The notes below the pieces were generated by a model. That model saw only the letters and a list, made by a program, of their open reading frames with translations. It did no database searches and had not been told where the DNA came from. 64,000 nucleotides of DNA from Heterodontus francisci (Eukaryota): NCBI RefSeq assembly GCF_036365525.1, contig NC_090417.1, positions 2,590,832 to 2,654,831 of the forward strand. Reading direction: 5' to 3'. Shown here in pieces: positions 12,358 to 25,292 of this stretch (positions are counted from its first letter, which is position 1; each line of letters starts with the position of its first letter). A program made the translations under genes and the position numbers.

Positions 12358-14530
12358 TTAGAAACATAGAAAAGATACAGCACAGAAAGAGGCCATTCAG
12401 ACCATTGTGTCTGCATCGGCTGAAAAATACTAGCCCCCCAATCTAATTCAGCACCTGGTCCGTAGCCTTGTAAGTTGTGGTACTTCAGGTGCAGGTCACC
12501 TTTTAAATGAGTTGATGGTTTCTGCCTCCACCACCGATCCGGGCAGTGAAATCCAGACATCCATCACCCGCTGGGTGAAAAAGTTTTTCCTCATGTCCCC
12601 TCTAATCCTTCTATCAAACAACCTTAAATTTGTGTTCCCTGGTAATTGACCTCTCTGCCAGGAGAAACAGGTCCTTCCTGTCTACTTTATTTAGGTCCCT
12701 CATAATTTTGTACACCTCAATTAAGTCACCCCTCAGCCGCCTCTGTCCTAAGGAAAACAACCCTAGCCTATCCAATCTTTCCTCACAGCTGCTACTTTCA
12801 AGCCCTGGCAACATTCTTGTAAATCTCCTCTGTAGTCTCTCCAGAGCAATTAGGTCCTTCCTGTAACGTGGCGACCACAGCTGTACTCAATTCTCCAGCT
12901 GTTGCCTAACCAGCGATTTATTGCACTTCCTGCATTAAATCCCAGTTTTTGTATTCTATACCTCAGCCAATAAAGAAAAGCATTCCATATGCCTTCTTGA
13001 CCACTTTATCTACCTGTCCTGCCACCTTCAGGGACCTGTGGACATGCACTCCAAGATCTCTCACTTCCTCTACACCTCTCAATATCCTCCGGTTTAATGT
13101 GTATTCCCTTGCTTTGTTTGCCCTCCGCAACTGCATTACCTCACACTTCTCCGCATTGAATTCCATTTGTTACTTTTCCACCCACTCAACCAAACCATTG
13201 ATATCATTCTGGAGTCTACAGCTATCCTCTTCACTATCAATTACACAGCGAATTTTTGTGTCATCCGCAAATTTCCAAATCATGCCTCCCACATTTAAGT
13301 ATATTAATATATATATACACATTAATACACACAATGCACATTAATATATACTGCAAACAGCAAGGGACCCAACACTGAGCACTGTGGAACACAGTGGAAA
13401 CTGCCTTCCATTTGCAAAATCATCGGTCAACCCTTTGTTTCCTTTCACTGAGCCAATTTTGGATCCAACTCACCACATTCTCCCGTATCCCTTGGGCTTT
13501 TACTTTTCTTACCAATCTGCCATGTGGGACCTTGTCAAATGCCTTACTAAAATCCATGAAGACAACATCCACTGCACTACCCTCATCAAACCTCCTTGTT
13601 AGTTCCTCAAAAAAATTCAATTAAGTTAGTATGACACCACCTTCCCTTAACAAATCCTGCTGACTAGCCCTGATTAATCTGTGCCTTTCTAAGTGACAGT
13701 TATCCTATCTCTCAGATTTGATTCTAATAATTTGCCCACCACTAAGGTCAGACTGACCGGCCTACAATTATTTGGTCTATCCCTCGCACCCTTTTTAAAC
13801 AATGTTTGCAGACCTCTAATCGTCTGGTACCTCACCTGTAGCTAGTGAGGATTTGAATATGATCATCAGAGCATCTGCTATTTCCTCCCTGGCTTCCTTT
13901 AATAGCATGGAATACAATCCATCTGGCCCTGGTGATTTATCCACTTTCAATTATGTCAGACCCTCTAGTAAAGGCCTGCTCAGGTCGGGAAAAAGAACCT
14001 GACCCGAACCCAACTGATCCACAGCAGACCCAAGTCCGACCTGGCCCGAGTCCCCCCAATTTTGCCCCGAGCCTGACCCGACTCGACTCGAACCGAGCCC
14101 GACCATCCCTTTACTTACCTTCTGACTCGGAACCTCCAGGAAGCTGCAGCGCATGCGTGATGATGCCATAGTGACGTCACTCCCTCACTGTGCAGACTCA
14201 GTTTCGTCCCGGACTCCCAGCTCAGGTAAGTTTTTTAATTTCAATACTTATCGGCAGAGCAATTATTGTGTGTCTCCGGCCCGACCCAAGCCCAAAAACT
14301 GGACCCGACCTGAACCCGACACATGTCGTTGGGTCCCGTTGGGTTTGGGTCGGGTAGCAGGCCTTTACCCTCTAGTACTTCCTCTCTCATTATACTTATC
14401 ATATCTAATTTTTCGCACTCCTCCTTTAACTACAATGTCTACATCATCCCTCTCCTTTGTGAAGACAGAGACAAAGTACAAATTAAGAACCCTGTTCACA
14501 TCTTCTGCATCCAACCATAAGTCACCTTGT
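12358..14530 (-). mobile_element. CR1/HER1 LINE, 5'-truncated, interrupted by a hAT MITE
   Basis: ORF fragments VDVVFMDFSKAFDKVPHGRL, MEFNAEKCEVM and RLRGDLIEVYKIMR; 3' tail near 12360. Confidence 0.92.
13969..14367. mobile_element. Non-autonomous hAT-type DNA transposon (MITE), 399 bp
   Basis: Perfect 12-bp TIR TAAAGGCCTGCT/AGCAGGCCTTTA, 8-bp TSD CCCTCTAG (13961-13968, 14368-14375) and repeated subterminal ACCCGA-like motifs. Confidence 0.9.
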
Positions 14531-15199
14531 ACGTCTGGACCTTGTACATCTCTGATAGGCTACCAATATTCTGACAAATAAATACTGGACATAAAAACAA
14601 AACCTTTTTAAACTTTTAAAAGTTGTAACTTTCCATAAATAGTTAACCCAGTGTTCTCCCCTCAACCAATAGCACCAAGTTAACAGATTAATTCATCATT
14701 TATCTCATCTGCTATTTGCCAGGTCTTGACTGCGCACAATTGACTGTCAGGTTTATCCTGATAACGAGAGTCACTGCATTTCAGAGTGGTTATTGTACGC
14801 AAAATGTTTTGGGGTGCTTCTCAGAGATGAAAAGGTGCGATATATTTTTTCTTTCATCTGGAGATCAGGGAATATATCTGTGTAGAACTTTCTTATGGAA
14901 GATTAAATGGATGGTGAGTATATACTGGAACAGATTCCACAAGGAACATGGAAGGAGATGCACTGGTTGGTCAAACGGCCTTTATCATTTCCTGTATTCT
15001 TAAAACCATTTTTATTAATGCTCTTTTAATTTGGATTCCGGGAGCCCATGTTAAATCTAATTTCTGAGACTGATGAATTACTTGTGGCCCCACTTCATTA
15101 AATGGCTTCTCTTTAGAAATTAATACCAAAAGGTATTGGAGTAATTTGACAAATGCTGCTGCAAAGCACTGTTCCACATCGTCCAGAAATGCTATCAAA

Positions 15200-15625
15200 A
15201 AATAACGTGCCTTTAATGACCTCATGATATTCCAAATTGCTTTACAGCCAATGAAGTATTTTTGAGGTGTAGTCACTGTTGTAATGTAGGGACAAGTGGC
15301 AATAGAACTGTGTGCAGCAAGGTCCCTCAAGCAATGATGAGATAAATGACCAGAAAATTTGTTTCAGTGATGTTGGAAGTGGGATCCATGTTGCCCAGGC
15401 ACCGAGAGAGCTCCCCTGCTCTTGTTTAAATAGTGCCATGAGATTTTGTGTATTTATCTGTGAGGGCAGACTGGGCCACTGTTTATGGCTTCTTCCAACA
15501 GTGCAGCATGCCCTTGGTACATCACTAACCTAGATTATGCACTCAAATCTTTGCAATGAAGCTTGAAACCACAACCTCTGACACAGAGGCAAAGGTGCTA
15601 CCACTAAGTTGAGGCTGACACCTAA
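15200..15625 (-). mobile_element. tRNA-derived SINE, Deu-domain type
   Basis: Reverse-complement homologue of 50636-50725 plus 51491-51830, with a tRNA-like head near 15560-15620. Other partial copies are near 3950, 14640, 19070 and 22440. The family name is from recall. Confidence 0.55.
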
Positions 15626-16122
15626 ATTGGACCTCAACAATCACACTAAGCAGCACTGCTCCCTCTATGGTAGTCTGTAATTACGGTATTTAACAGGTAC
15701 AAACTTTTAATTAGCTACCATCTGGCTTCTATGAAAGCCCAACCAATTTATTTTTACAGCTGTGAAAATTCAATATTCATCATCTCATTCATTGCTAAAG
15801 ACATAATTTGGTTTCAATCCTGCGGCAATCGCTGTGCCAGGAAAATATAATTAATTTGTTGTGTTTTACATATCACAGTTTAATAACTCAAAGACCAGGC
15901 ATTCTGAGTACTATGCTTGACTTCTCTCAGTCAGCATCGCCACATACAGTCAAAACACTGCAAAGCATATGCGGACCTCGCCAGAGAAGATACTTAAAAG
16001 AGCAGTGTATCTCAAAACGGGATAAGCGTGTTGGGAAGGGTCAACTAGCACTTCAGGCAAGGACAGAGCACAAGGCAAAGATTTGGAACCAGGAAAGGTT
16101 GTGTTAGGGAATGAAAGAGTAG

Positions 16123-17734
16123 GTTATAACCTCCCTGTACATGGATGACGTCGCCGTCTTCTGCTCGGATCCGCTGTCCGTGCGCAGACTGATCAGCATC
16201 TGCGACCAGTTCGAACTGGCCTCGGGAGCCAAAGTTAACCACGGCAAGAGCGAGGCCATGTTCTTTGGGAACTGGGCTGACCGATCCTTTGTCCCCTTCA
16301 CCGTCAGGTCAGATTACCTGAAGGTGCTGGGGATATGGTTCGGAAGGGCCGGGGCGTGCACCAAAACCTGGGAGGAGCGAGTAGCCAGGGTACGACAAAA
16401 GTTGGGCATGTGGGGGCAGCGATCTCTCTCCATTGTGGGTAAGAACTTGGTCATCAGGTGCAAGGCGCTCACGTTGTTGCTGTACGTGGCGCAGGTCTGG
16501 CCCATACCCCATTCCTGCGCTGTGGCAGTCACCCGAGCCATTTTCCGCTTCATCTGGGGATCTAAAATGGACCGGGTCCGGAGGAACACGATGTTCAAAT
16601 CTCTGGACAAGGGCGGGAAAAATGTACCCAACGTGGCCCTCATCCTGATGACCACCTTCGTGTGCGGCTGCATCAAGTTGTGTGTAGACCTCCAGTACGC
16701 AAACTCCAAGTGTCACTACGTGCTGAGGTTCTATCTGTCCCCGGTGTTGCGAAGGATGGGCCTGGTCGCATTGCCGCGGAACGCTCCATGCAGTTGGGCC
16801 GTGCCGTACCACCTATCCTTCGTGGAGCAGTTTCTGTGGGAAAACACCTTCGACCACCGGTCCATCAGGCAGTGGTCTGCATGGAATGTCCTCAAGGCTC
16901 TACGGGAAAAGGAGACGGTGGATCCTGTCGGATGGTTCCCCGAGCAGACCGTCAAAGTCATTTGGCGGAATGCCTCATCACCAGAACTTTCAAACAAGCA
17001 CCAAGACGTAGCTTGGCTGGTGGTGAGAAGGGCCCTCCCCGTCAGATCCTTCATGCACACCCGAAGTCTCGCCCCCTCCGCACAGTGCCCCCGCGTTGGC
17101 TGTGGTGGGGAAGAGACGGTCGCCCACCTCCTCCTGGAATGTGCCTTTGCAAAGCAGGTGTGGAAAGAGATGCAGTGGTTTTTGTCAAGGTTCATCCCAA
17201 GCAGCTCTGTAACACAGGAGTCTGTGCTCTACGGGCTGTTCCCAGGGACGCACACCGAGACAAACATCAACTGCTGCTGGAGGACTATCAATTCGGTGAA
17301 AGACGCCCTTTGGTCTGACCGAAACTTGCTGGTCTTCCAGCGCAAAGAGTTGTCCACCACCGAAAGTTGCAGACTGGCACATTCAAAGGTCCAGGACTAC
17401 GTGCTGAGGGACGCACTAAAGCTTGGGGCAGCCGCAGCAAAGGCTCACTGGGGAAAGACCACAGTGTAAGGTCCTCCCACCAAGCTGAACTGAGGGGCTG
17501 GATCCATGGGAAACCCCTCGAACTGTATCGTTAATATTCTCAATTGCTGTAAATGTAAAACTGTAATTGACATGACAATTGTGAAACGGAAGGGTTGGGA
17601 AGAAACTCATGACAGTATTGAAGGAAACTGATCTCCCTTGCAATGTTTGTATTTTTTGGTGCTGTTTTGAAACTGTTTGGCAATGTAATTTTTACAGATT
17701 TTTATGAATAAAGTATATTTTGGAAATTAAAAAA
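16123..17734 (+). mobile_element. Tx1/L1-clade LINE, 5'-truncated, young
   Basis: Open ORF2 fragment from LYMDD (RT catalytic motif) through the zinc knuckle CPRVGC...ETVAHLLLEC to the stop at 17469. AATAAA at 17707-17712, then an A-tail. 13-bp TSD AATGAAAGAGTAG at 16110-16122 and 17735-17747. Confidence 0.95.
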
Positions 17735-20700
17735 AATGAAAGAGTAGTGGGTATCTTGGAACACTGGACACCATAGTGGATGAATCTTGAGGAGGGGGAG
17801 ATTTCCTGTATTCGTTAAATGTAACAAAATTGCAAAAATATTTACAAGAACCAATCAATTTTATTATATTGAATGGAGCCAAGGAAATTGCTTCTGTTTC
17901 CATCATGTGCAGGAGGAAGAGTATGTACCTGGAATTAGTACGGGCTCTGTTGGTAAAGATCTTGTACTGGAGAACAGCACAGGATGACAGGCCCAGCAAT
18001 ACAGTGTTTTTGTGTCCTTGCCAATGGAGCTAAGGTTCTCACCAGAGGCAGCAATCAACAGTAGTTCAATACAGGTTCCTCTTCCATACCTCAATAGTCA
18101 GCTCCAGAAAAGCTTTAAGAAAAACCTGTCAGCAAGGGGCTTCCTCCTTTAAGGCAAGGAGGTTAATGATGGTTAATTTCTTGCTAGACAAACTGCAAGT
18201 GGGGCAGATCATTTCTATTGAGCAGAAGCCACTGTCTGTGTCTGAGATGGGTATCTATGACACATGCTACATCTGCAATCACACCTGTGCTGTGCAAGTA
18301 CTGTACCAAACTCTCCATACTTTCAGTATCAGTCTTACAGCTGAGCAAGATGGATGAAAACTGTTGGAAGCATCGTCAAAAAGCAGGGAATGACAGGGTC
18401 TAATTCTTGCCTTTTATTTCTACTTTTTGCAAAGTTATGAAAGCAGCTTTCTTTCCACATGATGAGCTGAACAAAAGTTGTTGTTGTTCATTGCATAATC
18501 TTTTAAAACTAAGTTTAATAAGAATTGCAGCCAGAAAATCCTGAACAAAGTGACTAGAATTTCTCCGGGACACCCGATGAATGCCTTCCTGAAGTTGTAC
18601 AACTTTGATCCGACTTAAGGAATACAGCAAGGAATTAAAGAACCACAATATTAGCATTTGAACATCTTAACTTTAAAGGCTTTGCTACATTAATTACACA
18701 GACAATGGTAAGAAACTCAAAGCCTTAATAGTGATTTCTGCTCATCCAGTACTGGATCTCAGACAAGCAGTCTGATAATATAGAGAACAATTTAGCAAAC
18801 ATGATATTCCTATATAAAGTGATACTTAATTTGGAGAGTACTGCAGACAGCAGCTGCAGCACAAGTTGATGGCCTATAAGAATGTTAACAGTATCCAGCT
18901 AATCACCTAGTGGGTAAGTGCATTGGGTGAATCGATACTGAGCCATTGAAACCAGCAGACTCCATGGTTTGACCCTTAATCTGTGTTGAGTTGATTGATT
19001 TTAGCCAAGAAATCACAATTGGCCTCAATATCTTTGAACATGGTTAAAGCACAGGTTAAAACACTTCCCTGAAATTCAAGATCACATGGTACTATTTGAA
19101 GAAGAGCCGTGGAGATCTCTTGGTGTCCTCGGACTCGGTGGGCCGAAGGGCCTGTTTCGGTGCTGTATCTCTCTATGACTCTATGACTAAAAAGCAGATT
19201 ATCTGGCTATGTCATAGCTGGTTGTGGGAGCTTGCTGAAGATCTTTCTGCTTGAAGATTACACCTTAAAAGCTACTTCCATCACAGTATGTTGATTATAC
19301 TGCCACCATCTTGTCCTAGGCCTCTATCCTTCTAAAAAAAAAAGATAGGACAGTGTTCGAGGATTTTATTCTGAGTTAACTCATTTCCCACTCAATATAC
19401 CATTAGAGGATTTTCACTCACAATCTTTACTCCAGGGAAAATACTAGTCTGATATTATCACTAGAGAGGGGAGTGCGGCAAGTGTTGCCGATACCCAGGA
19501 ACATCAGAAGCAGATAGCAGGTATGAGACCAGAAGGGTTTCAGATTTGGTTGATGGATCTCAAGTAAGATGGCAGATAGGGATCTATGATTGACCTTACA
19601 ATCGTAGGCTGTGGAGGGAGGAAAAAGAAAAATCAGCCAGGTGTGGAAGTCAGCATAAAAACGGGATTGTCTTAACTGTGATGCAGTTGAATAGCCTGTC
19701 AACACTCTCTGAGCACACATATGAAGATTGACCACTTGGATGCGAAACTAGTGGGCTGCTGGGACTGCGTGACTGTACACTAGCAACAGTTAAGCATCCT
19801 CAGGAGGGGAACTGAGGAAACTGCAAAAATAATCAAGTGTTATGGTTTGAAAAGGAGAAATTAGTTTCATAACTGCATGAGAATCTGGCAGCATAACTAT
19901 TCTCCGACCCCTCTTCACCTCATAAATAAATTTGATAAAGAAGAAAAGCAAATCTCCAGCATCTTGTGGTAAGCAAACAGCTCAAGCCACAATTTTATAA
20001 ATACATCTTGTGAATTAATCCCACAAGTTTATAATTTATTAAATATGTGGAGAGTTTGCTATTGGGATGTGGTGAACCTTCTGAATGAGTCATCACATTT
20101 TAAACTGTAGGGCTTGGAATCAGGCATGTTATTAACGTAACCATCAGTAGATTGGAGAGTCAATGCCATCCAAAAAGTAATTAGACCAAACGCTGCGCGA
20201 ACAAGCCTGCAAAGCTTAGTGGCAGGACCTCCACATAGATTCGCAGAGAGGCACTGGAGAAACCAACCTGGTACATTTTCTTACCAATTCCAACTGTATC
20301 ACAATATTGAAGTTTGCTTCCACAACAAAGGTCAGTCTGAGGTGCAGACTACCCTCTCACTCATTCATGTCGCTGTTCTATTTCCTTCCCCCACCAAGTT
20401 GGGAGAGAATGAATTAGATTGTGAAATCACCTTACAAAGATAGCGCAAGTTTCAGTTAGTTCCTGATTATACACCCAAAAATTGAATGAAAATTAAAGGA
20501 TTTTTGTCAATTAGTTTATCAGCATTTTTAAACTTTGGGTATAGTAGAGAGAGTAAACTTTGCTTTCGATTGATTGTTTCTCAAGGTACACATTTTGGTC
20601 AAGGAGCTTGAAACACAATGGATATGCATTGGAGTTTTGACTGCATTTGGTTAATGTCAGCTGTTCAAATGGGCAAGCTTTTTATTTTGAAGCTTCTGAA

Positions 20701-23700
20701 CCACAGGGGTTCAATAAACATCGTTTATCTTTGATACTGTGAAATAGAAGCTGATCCATGTAACTAAAAGTACTTTAGCTTGTTCCTAACTTTTGTTTCA
20801 ACATGTTTTCAAAGGATCTTAAAATATGTCAAAGAAGTAAGCCAGCCTTGGATGGTGAAGGTAATTGACAGCAATGACTGAGGTCTATAAGCAGGGACAA
20901 GGTCAATGATTGCCTCTAGCACTTTTATCGACATCTCTGTGGCTAGTAGCCTGAATTGGGGTTTAATTGAGTTGCTTGAACTTTTTTGTCAGTTAGCAGA
21001 CAGTCTGGACTAGTCTGATTCCACGGTAGCCTTTGCCATTCATGAAGTTAGCAATCATTTTCAGCTATTTAGTTATGTTAAAAGATAGCTGGGGGATGTG
21101 CCTTTAGACCTAATAAATCAAAAAGAGTAGGAAAGCTTGTAAAGTTCTGTGAACACACTGCATTGCATTGAGCACTGTCCATTTACCTATCCTCTGTTAA
21201 TTAAATCGTTTTCTGGTTTTTGGCCTGGGGCTCAATCTGATGGACTTTATAATTAATCCATTTACTGGTGATGAGGACAATCATGTGGTGTCACAGGATA
21301 CAGTCCAGTAAACTGGTGTACAGTGACAAGAGTTCTATGATTAATCCCTGAGTCTCACTATTGGTTAACTAGATATTGGGCAAGTAAAAGCATGGAATTC
21401 ATGCCAAACCTAACCAACACCTTGTTGTACATGTAACCAGAAGTGGGAATGTTTCTGTTTGGCTGCATCAAATACATTTTCTTCCAAAAGAAAGTTTCTT
21501 GTCCCCTCTCCACCATGGCCTTCCATCGTCTCCTGAAGACACAGGGCAGAGTTGCCAGGGGAGGGAGATTCCCAAATTCCTGTTATACACCATTTCTTTG
21601 GGTGTTCCTCTGATTTTCTGCTGAAGTTAGAGGGCGATCAGAAGCACCTGTGGAAATTCTACTCTGCTGTCTTTTGCTGACATACTGTTTCAGAAGCAAC
21701 AGTTATCCTCTTGCATTTATCCACGTGTTCATTTGTTATATTGAAATGTCGGGAGAGTAGTAACCTGCAGGAGGCACAACAGCCTGTTCTCACTTTGCTC
21801 TAGCCACTGGATCATGATCACTAACGGAAACCCCAATTTTGCCACGCCCTAGTGTACGAGCATTTAGGCCAATTGTAGTGCATCTGGTTCCATCCAATGG
21901 AGATTAACTAACTCAGCACAGATAGAACATGTGACCTTTTTGGGGGAGTCTGAATAGTTTAGTCCCAAACTGGATAAAACTATAAGGTGGTTAATTTCCT
22001 CAATCAGAGGCTGGCAAAACTTTTCATTTATATAAAGCCCCAGTTGCATTATTGCTCTGCTACAAAGTTTACTGGGTTCAATTTGGCATGGTTTGCTGAC
22101 TAAATGAAAGATAACAATGCCTACAGTTAGCATTTGGCAATGCTATTACTAAGCAACGTATTCTTGCCTGGAACCCAAGCAACTATTTCAAGGATGTGAA
22201 AGCCAATTTCACATTAAGTTGCACATCCCTAAAATACTCGCAGTAGAGTGATGATATTTAAGCCTCAGCAAAATGCAATACTCTAATGTGTAAGTCAATC
22301 AAACAATTGAGATATTGCTGAGATATTGTCTGTGGAGTGTTAGGGTTTGCTGAAATATTGCACAGTGTCTGCTAAATAGTACCATCAACCATAATGCTCC
22401 ATAGTATATTGCCTGCTTGATACAGCTGCATTGTACACAGCTACCAACAATTTGCATTAATATAGCACCTTTAATATTGTAAAACAGCCCAAGGTGCTTC
22501 ACAGGACATTATCAGACAAAATTTGGACACTGAGCCAAAGAAGGAGATATTAGGACAGGTGACCAAAAGCTTGGTCAAAGAAGTCTATTCAAAGGAACGT
22601 CCTAAAGGAAGAGAGTGGTATCAGCCTAATTACAGGGTAAAAGAATCGGGAAAATTCCTCTCCCACCTCCACAAGTAATTAAACTAATCCAGATCACCCT
22701 GCCCCTTATTAACATTACAATAGCAATTGTCTAAAATTACACAAAATAATGGGGAAAATACACCTAAAAGACACAGCTGCTAACCAACAATAAAAAAAAT
22801 CAACAAATTGTAAATATTCTGTAAAATACAACCTCTTACAAGTGCAAAACCCTTTGAAAGAGTAATACAAGTGAGTACGGAACAAGAAACAAAGGCATTC
22901 ATGCTATTGAAACTATTCCTCATTACCCTCTATGTAGAACCTTACTGTTGCTGACTCTCGCCAACTCATTTGGAGTGAGTCTTTGGCTTAGTGGAAGCAT
23001 TGTCATTTGTGCGTCAGAAGGTGCAAGGTTGACACTCCTTACCAGGCAATCCTAACTAATGGGATTGGAGCTATGGCTCTGAATTCTGGGTCAACATCCA
23101 GTGGAATACTTGTGCCGATGGGTGTGAGTGCCCCTCCACCCTCATGTGTGGGGTGGTGGGAGTCCATAAAACTCTCTTGCCATATCGGATGGTGACAATG
23201 GTTGTGGTCTGTCAGATGTTCATCAGTCAGTGAATCTGTCCACTCAAAAGAAGAGTGTGTAGATATAAAAATAACCAACTTATTTAAACTCTTGAAAGGG
23301 TGGAATAAAAACATTGTCAGATTTCTCCCTGAGGTAATCTTGAAACTTCAGGACTAATGTTCCAATTTCCATTATTGAAGACTGTCCAGCTGCGTCCAAC
23401 AGCTGACATGTTTGTGAAACTGACCACTAACTTTGCTCATCCACATGACCTTCAATTGTGCCCCTAATTAAATATTCATGCAACTCTGCTAAAATAGAAT
23501 CAACCACATGTTACTGGAAGTTTACCCTTCTCTAAATCTAACAATACAAGTCAATATTTCATTCATGCCATCTAGTGCTGTGATCACAGTTAAGGTTAAA
23601 CACATTGCTGCTATTTAAGCAGTGCAAAATACAAACACCAATGCACAATACAGAGATGTGATTACAAAGTTCTTACCTTGGCATCCTGAGATGAATATTT

Positions 23701-24841
23701 AATTGTGGAGCTTCGTTTTCACTGTAGAATCACTCTCAGGCTATTTAGCTTGTTGTGGTATGTTGCGAGTGCGTCTCATGCACTAAATCTTGGACAGTTT
23801 TAGGATGACCTAATCACAGGGTAAGAATTTCTCTGGTTGCTGTGATGTTGTTAAATCACTTGTGAAGATTTCCTTTCTTGGGTACTGCTAGCACGTTCCT
23901 GAAGTATTTACTTCCACTTTCACTAGAATAAACAGTAGGACAGGCTGAAAATGCCACTTACAAGTGTCAACATGGGGAGTGAAATTTATATGACAGTCGC
24001 ATTGTCAACCATTTAAATTAATGAAGGTTTGCTTATACATTAACATCTTAAACCAAAATGAGTCAGTCTCACTTCCAAGTAAGTGCTTTACATTAAAACC
24101 TTAAAGCATATACACACCCAAGTTTGACAAACATTGATATATAAAGCAGAAGTTAAAGCCTTTTTATAAAGACAAAGCTAAATAAATACAAGTTGTTTCC
24201 TTATATTGGAAATGCACTGTAAAGCTGTAGAAAAACACGTCTTCATAAAATGAAATGTAATTAATTTGCAATGATAAGAAATTAACAGGAACCATGAACT
24301 ATCGAAGTGTCACTTAGGAGGACAGGAAGACATTTTATCTTGTGTAGGAATCAAAATGGATCAACAGAATATACTTCAGCATGGGATATGGCTTTGGTGG
24401 CTCGATGTATACTCAGAGGAAAAAAACACAGTGAGCTAACACATCAAGATTCCTTATCTTCAGAGGGAGTGCTGCCACACTGAAACACATAGATGCATGT
24501 ACAAATTGGCTAGCAGTGAATTGCTCTATTTTACTTGAAGTGCACTTTATATGTAGGAGTTAACACACACACAAACTGTAAAATACCATATTCAAATGAA
24601 TTGTTCCTTTATTCTGTCATGCATTGCACATATATAGAAGCTGACAATGATGGATGCATGAGCTGTACAGTATAGGGAGGATGGTGGGAGGAAAGATTCC
24701 TTCCCTTTCCCTACTCAGTATGTACCGTACAGGTGCAGAAGCCAACCCAAGCATATTAATCATACCATATTAGCTGACAAAGAACTGCTTTCTTTTAGTC
24801 AGCGTATACTGTTGATAAGAAGTGCTTTTTATATGTTGCAG

Positions 24842-25095
24842 GGCTGGAAGGAGAGACATGCTTGCGAACATCAGACTGTTCTACTGGATTGTGCTGCGCT
24901 CGTCACTTCTGGTCAAAGATCTGTCGGCCTGTCCTGAAAGAGGGGCAAGTCTGCTCGAAACGGGGTCGTAAGGAGGGCCCACAGGGGCCGGAGATCTTCC
25001 AACGATGCGACTGTGGACCAGGATTAGCCTGCCGTAACCAAAACCAAGGCACACCACAAGGCGACTCCAGGCTACGGGTCTGCCAACGTGTCTAG
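24842..25095 (+). CDS. DKK4: Dickkopf-4-like protein, terminal coding exon (CRD2, colipase fold, LRP5/6-binding)
   Basis: Acceptor ttgcAG at 24841. Encodes [64 protein letters not shown]...SRLRVCQRV then TAG. It has 10 cysteines, the DKK motifs CCARHFW.KIC and EIFQRC.C, and the DKK4-type [13 protein letters not shown] and RLRVCQ. Confidence 0.95.
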
Positions 25096-25234
25096 AGAGA
25101 TATCCCGGCCTGAACTCTTTGGTTTAATGGCGTCACAAATTAAGAGGATCAGCTATTGCACCAGTTAAAGTAAAATTAAACTAAACAAAGCTGAAAATGC
25201 CAAACCCCATGCATCAAAATAGATACAAAAAAGT

Positions 25235-25292
25235 ATTAAAATGAGCTTTGTAAGGTGAAGCACTTGAAACATGGTGTGTGTGTGTGTGTGTG
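25235..25292 (+). terminator. Candidate DKK4 polyadenylation signal (ATTAAA) followed by a (TG)9 GU-rich downstream element
   Basis: ATTAAA at 25235-25240 (another at 25155-25160) and a (TG)n tract at 25275-25292, at the spacing expected for a downstream element. The first canonical AATAAA seen on + is at 28063. Confidence 0.35.

Noticed and set aside
16309-17382. Overlapping and antisense ORFs within the Tx1 element
   Set aside because: They are a by-product of GC-rich coding sequence and show no recognisable motifs.
1334-18610. Scattered TCF/LEF-like CTTTG(A/T)(A/T) sites as a Wnt feedback enhancer
   Set aside because: The few isolated matches are unclustered, some fall in TEs, and the number is no more than chance in AT-rich DNA.
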